64,000 nucleotides of DNA from Fimbriosthenelais zetlandica (Eukaryota): positions 57,164,001 through 57,228,000 of the forward strand of contig OZ365109.1 in NCBI GenBank assembly GCA_977030845.1. The letters run 5' to 3'. Of this stretch, positions 46,007 to 54,746 are shown one piece after another; the first letter of the stretch is position 1, and every line of letters starts with the position of its first letter. A program made the position numbers and the translations under genes. The notes under the pieces were generated by a model. It searched no databases and was not told where the DNA came from. It worked only from the letters and a program-made list of their open reading frames with translations.

Positions 46007-47087
46007 GCGTTGGCTAGATCATGGATGGAGTATCTGTTGCGGTGAGGCTAGGAGGCGAGGCTTCAAACACAGGCCAGCTGGCTCATAGCAGCGTAGTTCA
46101 CCTTTTGTCCGCTGCATATATCTCGGGTCGCCACATGCGCGCTGGCTTGGTCCTTCCATAGAGATCAATGCTATAGACCTCAAATTGAGTCCATTTACAA
46201 AAATCGGAATTTTAAATTAATTCTAGTTCCACAAAACACATATAGATACCTGGAGATGCTTCCAACTAAGAATAATCCGTTTGAATTGTAATTTTAGACC
46301 CATTATTTACAAAGTTATTCAACTTTTTCGACTTTTAGTGAGAGGGCGCTGTTAAGGTTTTTAAAAGGCCAAATTATAGGCCTGTATATGTATGGCAGAT
46401 TTATCAACTTCGCAGAAATCGGGGTTATCGTCATTTTACGTCTCTGCTCTTTTGATATTTATCAGTAGAGGTCATAAGTCAGACATAACCGTGGAATTGA
46501 GTGAAAATAATATGTATTAGGTAGAGAAAAAGGCGAATTGAGTGGACTGGCAAACCGGCTCAGTAGCACACATTCCTGTAATCGTGAGTGAATTTTAACA
46601 TTGCGCCTATGGAGCGTGCACTTTTGCTGAAACCTAGGCATTTAGACAGGTTAGAAGCATTGGATCGGGCTGAATTTTTGGGAGGGTGTTGGGATGAGTC
46701 CCGGGGGTAGACATGGGGCTTGGGGTGGAGGTTGGGGGCCGGGGAGGGGTCCGGGGGGCTAAATATTTTTTTAACGTTGGAGCCTATGGGCAGTACCTAC
46801 ACAGGGGGCTATTCCAAGGGATTTTGACAGGTTAGTCGTCTCAATTCGGGCTGGGGCTTTTTTTAATGGAGTTGGTGTTAGTGCTGGAGGCAGACATAGG
46901 GGTGGGGCTGGAGGTTGGGGGCCGGGGGGCTAAAAAAATTATACACATTGTGATTCAGCTTTATATTGGGCGGTTCAGGTTAAATTTGAAGTGGTGTAGA
47001 GAATGGTGAGTGAGCCTCGTAGTCTAGAGGTAAGACACTCGCCTGGAACGTGAGAGATCCGGGTTCAATTCCCCATCTATACGGCTC
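46007..47087 (+). mobile_element. Same element, copy C, inverted relative to A and B
   Basis: Reverse complement of copy B over about 900 bp; empty TTAA at 46352-46355; ends in a tRNA-like cassette. Confidence 0.8.
47012..47087 (+). pseudogene. tRNA(Asp)-derived Pol III cassette in copy C
   Basis: GAGCCTCGTAGTCTAGAGGTAAGACACTCGC-CTGGAAC-GTGAGAGATCCGGGTTCAATTCCCC...GGCTC, close to the eukaryotic tRNA-Asp consensus; T6 about 20 nt downstream. Confidence 0.7.
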
Positions 47088-47454
47088 AGCACTGTTGATT
47101 TGGTCTTTGTTTTTTCGTTTGTGTTGCCGAGGGGAGTGGATCATATCAGGCCTAGCGTCGTTCAACGTTTTGCCACTGAAAATCTGAGAGTCCATTGCCT
47201 CTGGCCTCCCTACATGTATTGCACAACTTTGTTGAAATATCTCTCCGACTCGTCCCCAGCTTGTCAATTAATATGAGGCTTCCTTCTGTTTTAGATGTGT
47301 TGTAATAGGCCCGCGATTCTGCTTTTATTGTGGTAGGCCTATACTCTGTATAGCCTATAGGCCTACGCATTTTTTCGAAAGCTAGTTAATCAGTTAGGCC
47401 TATATCCAAAAAAATCTGAGTGTTCTTAAGTACATTTTTTGAAAAGTAATTTGA

Positions 47455-48540
47455 GAATAAAATAGCGGCCTAATGTTGATGTGGAAGTAGAAGTTTTTTT
47501 TTGTTATTTTTTTTGGGCGGGGGGGGGGGGGGGGGGGGGTTGGTGGGGGTCTGTCTTTCATTCAGATAAATGTAGTTCAATTGCTGTGTGTATTTCTTCA
47601 GAATGTGTTTTATATTATAGGAGAAAAAAGTGATAGAGGTCTAATTTGAATGTGGGAGTATAGAACAGCTAGTTAGCAATAGATAACCCAGCATCTCCGG
47701 ACCACTGTGATGCATGTGACTGATGACTATAAATATACACCTCTGTATGCAGCTGAATGTCTGGGTGGTGTGTATATCTCCTATATCAACTTATTTATTA
47801 TTGAACTCAATGAGAATTCGTCTCAACCTGATTGTGAAATATGATGGCTTGGAATATAGCGCCAACATATTGCAGAGGCTTGTTCGGGAATTAAATCTCA
47901 CTACACATTTCTCTATATTGCATAAATAACATTCATTTACTACTGATGACATCTTATTGTTTGATAATGTGAAGTTTTTTTTTAAAGTGGGAATTAATAG
48001 GGATGGAAAACAGTGGTCTAATGTTGACATGGGAGGAGTACAACCGAGGTAGAAGTTCATTAAATATGAGTGTCTGGGTAGTGTTTTTTTTTATCAACTA
48101 CAGGTATATCAAATTATTTAGTACTGAATTCAAAACCGGGGTAGGGACATGTCGGGACCCGTGCAGCCATGAGATTTCTTTAAAACTTTCTTCAAAAACT
48201 GTTTGATAATGTGAATTTAAAAATGTCTATGAAAAAAAATCCGAGGGGAAAATAGTGGTCTAATGTTGACGTGGGAGGGGTAGCCTACTACCGGAGTAGA
48301 AGTCAGTTCAAATAGATTGATAACCCAGCATCTCCGGACCACTGGCGGGAATACAGCACACTTTATAAATATACACCCCTGTGTACTCCAAAGAGTTTGG
48401 GTGGTGTCCCCACCTGCTATATCAAATTATTTAACACTGAACCCAATGAGGATCGAATTCCACCTGGTTGTGAAATATGATGCTTTGGAAAACAGCGACA
48501 ATGTACTATAGGGGCTAGTTCAGGAATTAGATCTCTGAGT
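47455..48540. repeat. Degenerate tandem duplication, about 3-4 partial units
   Basis: gataacccagcatctccggaccactg is exact at 47682-47707 and 48319-48344; (g/c)ctaatgttga recurs; two copies of ttgtgaaatatgatg. Confidence 0.7.
47515..47549 (+). repeat. Poly-G tract (19 consecutive G)
   Basis: gggcgg G19 ttggtggggg; G-quadruplex potential. Confidence 0.9.
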
Positions 48541-49076
48541 CTCTCCCATTCTCATTGCACATCCAGAGTCTGAGGCTAAAGCATTGTTGTGCAGCGGCCC
48601 CATTGTTCATCACTCCCGAATAGGCCTACACCCAGATATTTAAATGACAATGACCGCTAATTTCATGGAGAGATCAACTGTATATTTATTCTTTTCACCC
48701 TCAGCCTGGTCTTTTGCTCTATCGATCCCCTTCACCACCCATCAGCACCACGAGAGGCCATTATTATTATTCCGGGCACTGCTATACACAATTGAGAGAA
48801 GTTTAACATAATTATTTTAAACTTAAGTTCCAATCCCGTATATTACTTTCCCATAGGCGTGCGTCATGGGTTCAATTACTGTCGTGTTGGTAACCTTGGT
48901 AACATTATAAAATGTAAACAGGTAATATCTGACCTAATTGCATTGTTTAACCTATAATATGACATTAGGTATACTTATATAGTACGTGGCATGGAATTTG
49001 ATCCCTCTCATCCATCGATCTTTTGGCCCATGCTCAATCCGTATCCTGGAACAACCTTTGATATTTTCCACAAAGT

Positions 49077-49095
49077 CCAAGGGGACCTTGCCACG
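49077..49095 (+). promoter_or_regulatory. ERSE-like ER-stress element upstream of WFS1
   Basis: CCAAG-gggaccttg-CCACG is a one-mismatch match to CCAAT-N9-CCACG. It overlaps TGCCACGTC (XBP1/CREB3-type site). Confidence 0.5.
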
Positions 49096-49119
49096 TCTAA
49101 TCCGTCACTACCAGCTAAG

Positions 49120-49165
49120 ATGGCGGCCAAGGAGGAGGAAGTCGCAGAGGCACCCATAGACGAAG
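49120..49165 (+). CDS. WFS1: WFS1 exon 1 (MAAKEEEVAEAPIDE), phase 1 end
   Basis: aagATGGCGG start context, gtatgt donor. Confidence 0.75.
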
Positions 49166-52100
49166 GTATGTGATATAATGGTCGTAGATGTAATGGATTT
49201 GTATTTTTACAAGATATCATATATATAATATATGTGATGGGATTTGTTTGTACATTAAGATTAACGCATGGCATAGAGTATAAAGAATAGTATAACCCAG
49301 TCAAATAGTGTTGTTCGAGTGTTGTGTATACAGGTATTTTTCCTCAACGACCTTCCCTATAGGCTACCCTATACACATTGACTTATTTGCCATCTGGTGG
49401 TTTATGAAGGAAGTTCAGCCTCAGTGTAGACTTGCACCGATGATTCATTTTGTTGGACTGAAACGAGAAAAATGACGAATAGGCAATTGCATCCTTCAAA
49501 TTCAACATTCAACATCCTCTGGATTAGAAAAAAATAATAATTTAAAAAAACTAACAACCCCCCCCCCTCACAAGTAGAATGATATACATGACATTATATG
49601 AATTTTGTTTCAATACTCTGAATATTAAACATTTGTTATTAATATGCTATATGCATTTATTTTCCTATTTTGTTCTACCGTTCCCAGATGACGCCACCTT
49701 TCTGAATGATACCAGGGTAGAAGCAGAGAAAGGTTCTGTGGATCATCAACTCTTCCTGGGTCGTTATTACATCAAACATGCGCAAAGTAATACAGATTTA
49801 CAAGACTATGCGACAAATGCTGTCCACTGGCTTATCAAGGCTTCCAATAATGCAAGCAAGGAAGCCACTGTACTGCTTAGGGAATGCCTCGATGAAAAAA
49901 TAGGTTAGCTTTGCCTTTGAAAAATCAACCTGCATTCCGTTCACACAAAGAACTGTCACACACCATTGGAAAGAGAAAATCAAACACATTTGAAAAACAC
50001 CAACATCGTATGTGTATAGATTAGTAAATTTATGATTATGTAGTAAGATGTAGTATTTAATGCCGTATATATATAGGTGTCTTAGCTTATGGTAATTGAA
50101 ATTTGGAGGTTCAGTCAGACTTGGTCTGACAGCATTTTTCTCAAGACACTGCACGAGTTATTTGGTTTGGGATCATATGGATGACGTTCAAAAGTGGAAA
50201 GATAAAATGATGATAAGATGGCGGGATCTATGTACTACCTTACAATTATTATTCCATAACAAAATTCCCAGTAGAACTAAGGATATTAAATTATTATTCA
50301 ATCAATTAAACATTGAGACAATAGGTCACAATCTTGCATTTATTAGGGCGGGATATCCTATAATATTAATTTGATGTTTTTCAGGTGTTAATGAGGATAA
50401 TGTGGATGATATTAGAGCTTGCCTCAGGATGTCTGACCTACAAAAGTCCATTCGGCTTGCTGCGCGGAAGTTATACAAAGAATTGAGTCCTGCTGGCGAC
50501 AACTCACCTTATGGCAAGGACATTTACATAAGGAGGGTCAAAGAATTTACATCGGAAAAAAAGGAAAAGAAGTTTCTAATTAGCACAGGTAAAAAATGTT
50601 TTCTCTTGTCTGTAATCAATTGGGTGCGTAAGGCTTTCTCTCGAATATCTGTGAGCATGTAAAAATAGAGCTTCTTAATTGTAATTACCTTGGTGCAGCC
50701 ATGAGTCAGGAATCCCACCAACTCCCATTACTGCTTCAACTATTCCGTTTCAGGCAACAGAAATTACCCTATATGGCCCCATCTATTTAATATTTGCAAT
50801 GAATCAATACCATTCCCACCCAAGCGATTAATTACTATAGTTGCTGTTACACTTTGGTTCACAGTGGCTTTGCATCTCACATTTTATTGCATACCAACAG
50901 CCATAGACGATGCCAAAAGCATATAATATCGCCAATGAAATAGTCATCCTGTTTTTACAGCTTAGCCCTGAGATATTGCAAGAATCGTGCATCGTTTCTC
51001 TTTTCAATAGCCAACAAATTGTCAGGAACGGATGTGGTAGAGGAAGATGCGTTTGTGGACACTGTGGCAAGGAGGATGCAGAGTGGTCAGATAGATCCCA
51101 GTCAAGATGAGATAGAAATGGCTGTCTTCAGTGAGGCCAGTTTCACCAGGAAGGTTAATAATTTCATTACTCGTAGCCATAGCAACAACAGTATCTGGTT
51201 AGGCAGTAATATTAGTACATTTGAGATGTACGCCTTCAGTGTCGTGTTGCATGTTCATATGTGTCGCTGGAACCATGTGGCTGGAACAAACTCTAAAAGA
51301 ATCCTTTTCATTCATGAATGTTTACTTTAATCAATGAGAAAAACAAAGTTGGGTTCTGTTCCCCAGGTAGTTTAACTGATTCTCTTTAATTAAAGCTGTG
51401 TAAAATTGGACAAAGCTTACTGATTTAACTTAATATTTCTCAGGAAAATTCTTTTCCCATTACCAGAGCGTATCTAAATGTACAAGCAGGCAAAATGTCT
51501 ATTCTCTTTCTTTTTCAGATTACAAAATATCCGGGCGCTACGTTGACAATGGGTACAGACATGATCGTTGAGTTCATCACCACTGACTTGGTGAACCTCC
51601 TCATGTATCTTTTACCAATAGACCAGATTAATGTCCTCATTGCCTTCTTCCTCCTCAGTCTCCTTACCTTCTCATGGCTTTTCACCGTGGCCGCCTTGAC
51701 CACCTTCTACCTCACCCTTATTGTCCTCATAGTCTCCACATTACAGATGTTTAAAAACAAACGTAAGCAAACAGAAGTCAAATCCATGGCCAAAATGTTG
51801 AGGAAGTACTGTGATGGAGTGGATGCCAAAGCTGCAGAGTCTGCCTTTATTCAGAACAGCACTAAACCCTATATTACTTTCCTGGCTACGTTACTTGTAT
51901 TTGTTCCTTCGTTTTTCCTTGCAAATAAGTCATGGATCCCTTGTTCTGAGCTGGCTTTGGTCGCAACTCTCGCAGCGCTGGGCTGTATTATATATTTGTC
52001 AGTTCATGACGACCCTGTTGTCATGGTTTCTTACGGGTTTGACCTCCTCTCTTGCATGCCACATATCCTTGCCGGGTTTCCAGAGGTCCCAATAATTTCT

Positions 52101-53378
52101 CACGTCGTTAATTTTCTGACTGTGCCTTTCTATAGTTTACAGATCACGCCGGGTTTCTATTTAAACCTTAGCTTCCCTTCACTTGAATATGCCATCGTGC
52201 CGTTGCTGTTCGCAAGGATGGCTTACAAGGACAGTTGGCAGGGTCTCTACCGAGTCCTATTCCCACATTTGGTTGGCTTCTTTTGGCTGCAGGTGGCTGT
52301 TGCTTTCTTTGACCATTCGACATGGCTTGGCCTTGCAAGAGGCTCAATGGGATGGGTTGCTTTTATAATCCTATTTCCATTTGTTACATTTGCCGGTACT
52401 ATCTATGGCATTTACTATATAATTATAAGTTTCAATTTGCTGACTTTATTTAAGATATTGGTCACTCTGACATTGCTCTTGACACCAGTTCTGTTAAGCA
52501 TTTGGCAAGGTTATGGTTTCGCCTTGGGACCTTTAAGTCTGAGGGGAAAGTCACTGAAGATAAAACTAATGGTTGTACTCATTCCTGTCCTGCTTCTTCT
52601 GCCTGTGTTATTCCTGATGTCAGGGGCTGATGGAGAGGACAGTGAGGACATGCCATTCATGCCCTGGGAGCTATATAGGGAACGCTGCGGTCAACCTGCA
52701 TGGGAAAGAACCAATATGGCTGACGCTCAGCGTGCATGCGAACACTTTCGCTTCATGCAAGTCAACTGGACAGCAACTTTTGAAGGGGTTAACATTACAG
52801 ATATTGAGAATCCAGCCGATTCTTTCCTGGAAAATTTCCCAGAGGGGGTAGCTGAGTGGCTGAAATGTCTCTATGGGAAACGATATGAAGAATGTGACAA
52901 CGAACTTATGTCTAATGTTGACTATGAATTGTGTGAATTGAGGTTGAAATATGGAAGGACATGTCACATGAAAGACAAGCGTTCTTACACTTTTATGCTA
53001 ACTGTTCTGATGCCGTTAGGAAACGATGAATACCAGCGTATTCCAATGATTGCTGATAATGAATTCAAAGACATCCTATTTGAATTGAAAAAGGGCGATA
53101 TAGTGGAGGTCCGTGCAGTTTTGCAGAAAAGGTTGGGAAGTTCAAGCCCTGTGATAAAACTGGAGAACATCAAATGTACAACTTGTATGATGCTCCTGAA
53201 GGAGGCCCATTCTATAAGTGTCGACCCATTGAAACAGAGCAGAAGGGCTCTGTTTGAAACCATTAGCTTCTTCACCTCCCCTGTCTTAGAGTATCACAGA
53301 CCAAAAACAAGGCAGGAAAAAAGGGAGGAACAGGAAAAGATGCAGATACAACCCCATGCTCCTTCAGATGAGCTTTAA
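49120..53378 (+). CDS. WFS1: Wolframin (ER transmembrane glycoprotein), complete, 5 coding exons, 822 aa
   Basis: Exons 49120-49165, 49688-49903, 50385-50588, 51011-51153 and 51519-53378 join in frame (2469 nt). SLR-like N-terminus (HQLFLGRYY...AVHWLIKAS), multi-TM middle (YRVLFPHLVGFFW..GLARGSMGW), luminal Cys-rich part (CGQPAWERTNMA.AQ.AC.H, WLKCLYG). The very large last exon resembles vertebrate WFS1. Confidence 0.95.
49688..49903 (+). CDS. WFS1: WFS1 exon 2, phase 1-1
   Basis: ttcccag acceptor, gttagc donor. Confidence 0.9.
50385..50588 (+). CDS. WFS1: WFS1 exon 3, phase 1-1
   Basis: tttttcag acceptor, gtaaaa donor; GVNEDN....C...S...R.AAR.LY motif. Confidence 0.9.
51011..51153 (+). CDS. 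WFS1: WFS1 exon 4, phase 1-0
   Basis: ttttcaatag acceptor, gttaat donor. Confidence 0.82.
51519..53378 (+). CDS. WFS1: WFS1 exon 5 (TM and luminal domains, ends SDEL*)
   Basis: ctttttcag acceptor; 1860 nt open to TAA. Confidence 0.95.
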   Translation: MTKYPGATLTMGTDMIVEFITTDLVNLLMYLLPIDQINVLIAFFLLSLLTFSWLFTVAALTTFYLTLIVLIVSTLQMFKNKRKQTEVKSMAKMLRKYCDGVDAKAAESAFIQNSTKPYITFLATLLVFVPSFFLANKSWIPCSELALVATLAALGCIIYLSVHDDPVVMVSYGFDLLSCMPHILAGFPEVPIISHVVNFLTVPFYSLQITPGFYLNLSFPSLEYAIVPLLFARMAYKDSWQGLYRVLFPHLVGFFWLQVAVAFFDHSTWLGLARGSMGWVAFIILFPFVTFAGTIYGIYYIIISFNLLTLFKILVTLTLLLTPVLLSIWQGYGFALGPLSLRGKSLKIKLMVVLIPVLLLLPVLFLMSGADGEDSEDMPFMPWELYRERCGQPAWERTNMADAQRACEHFRFMQVNWTATFEGVNITDIENPADSFLENFPEGVAEWLKCLYGKRYEECDNELMSNVDYELCELRLKYGRTCHMKDKRSYTFMLTVLMPLGNDEYQRIPMIADNEFKDILFELKKGDIVEVRAVLQKRLGSSSPVIKLENIKCTTCMMLLKEAHSISVDPLKQSRRALFETISFFTSPVLEYHRPKTRQEKREEQEKMQIQPHAPSDEL

Positions 53379-53761
53379 AGAGATTGATAAATGCACTGCC
53401 TTCTTACGAAGATTTGTCTTTCAGCTCAGAGATGTGATGGTAATCATGGTAATGCAGAGTCAAAAGGATTGATTTAAGATTGTAAAAGGACTGGAAAGTC
53501 ACTAGTACAAACTAGCCCATTTTATGATTGCTGACAAAGGAATATATTTCGAAAACAATATCTAAAATACATTTTATTTAATTGGTGAGTAAACGATGAT
53601 ACTTTATGAGTGATAAAAAACGTGGATGTGTATGCATGCAAGAGTTTATATAACATTTTTCATCATTCACAACTTCATCGGAGATCATACAGCAAAAGAT
53701 GCTTTCATGTTAACTGTAAAACAGATGTTTAAAATAATGCAATTCAATCGTAAGATTGGTA

Positions 53762-53767
53762 AATAAA
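53762..53767 (+). terminator. Candidate WFS1 polyadenylation signal
   Basis: AATAAA about 380 nt after the stop. Confidence 0.4.
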
Positions 53768-54143
53768 GCAGTATTATAAGTTCATCCTTTGTACATTTAT
53801 TCATGTTTTACCTTAAAATTCATTTTATGAAAATAATAGTCATATACATACATAATTTGCTTTTTAGTATAAAAAGAAAACATGGTATAAAAAAGTGAAT
53901 TCTAATCATAATTCTATTTTAAAGTGTCCGTCCGTTCCATTTCAGTTAAATATTATTTAATGACAATTAATTAGAATTAAAATGAATAGGAGATTAGGCA
54001 TAATAAGAAAAAGAAGAAACTTGTTCCATTTTTACCCTTTCATAATCTTTCACTCTTTTCTGGATAAGTTACCTCCCTGTGACATACATATAGATAATAT
54101 AATTATCTACTTTCTGAACCAAGGGGATTATTTTATTAATCTG

Positions 54144-54293
54144 TCATATAGCACAGTCAAAACACTGACATTCCACCGGATCCTTGACTAGAAGGCTGAC
54201 CGCTTGGCCCGGAATCAATTGGTTGCCGTCGTAGCACAAAGTCAACGTCACCATTTTATCCACTAACCTTGATTCTCGACAACATTTGCAATC
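54144..54293 (-). CDS. pburs: Bursicon beta coding exon 2 (DCKCCRES...ECQCFDCAI*)
   Basis: attccag acceptor; CxCC and CxC..C motifs; TGA at 54146-54144. Confidence 0.92.
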   Translation of the reverse strand, partial: DCKCCRESRLVDKMVTLTLCYDGNQLIPGQAVSLLVKDPVECQCFDCAI

Positions 54294-54746
54294 CTGGAAT
54301 GAAATTCACAGTTCAAGTTAATGTCACAAAGTTTTTGGCAATTATGAACATCTCAACATTTATGCATTACATTATACTATATTACATTTGTCTTATGAAT
54401 TGCTAAGTAAACAACAGAAGAATGCTACAGCACCAAGTTGAGAGCACCACAATTCTCAAAATGAAATTACGGGAATATGAACCTTTTTAAATCCGGGGAA
54501 GTGGACAACACTAGGGGAAACTTGTGACGTACAGGAACCCTCGCACTTAGTCATTGGCACCTCTCCTGTGCAGTAGAGCCGTATACGTCGACCGTTGTAT
54601 TCATAAGTCTTCTCTTTGGTAACTCGAATTTCCGTTCTCAGGGTCTGGCAGTTGTCCAAGGAGGTCGAAGCCTCAGAGGTCAGGAATAGGAGTGTGGCGG
54701 CAACCCAAACATACTGGATGTTTGTTAGCCGCAGGGCAAAGTCCAT
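54144..54746 (-). CDS. pburs: Bursicon beta subunit (partner of bursicon), cystine-knot neurohormone, 137 aa
   Basis: Exons 54746-54483 and 54293-54144 (phase 0 intron). Hydrophobic signal peptide; CQTL.TEI.V.KE...CTGEV...KCEGSCTSQV.PSV...GFKK|DCKCCRE...C...ECQCFDC; 11 Cys in the mature peptide, as in bursicon subunits. Confidence 0.92.
54483..54746 (-). CDS. pburs: Bursicon beta coding exon 1 (88 codons)
   Basis: ttaattgacag acceptor 2 nt before the ATG; AAG|gttcat donor. Confidence 0.9.

Noticed and set aside
47012-47087. Functional tRNA gene (Ser-GGA); likewise Thr-GGT at 43261-43330
   Set aside because: The acceptor and T stems do not pair canonically, there is no Ser-type variable arm, and G34 anticodons of these boxes are atypical in eukaryotes. 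Treated as tRNA-like cassettes.
48991-49119. Upstream in-frame ATG extending wolframin by 43 aa
   Set aside because: The extension is unrecognisable and overlaps the ERSE-like promoter motif. The ATG at 49120 has a better context, but the upstream start is not fully excluded.
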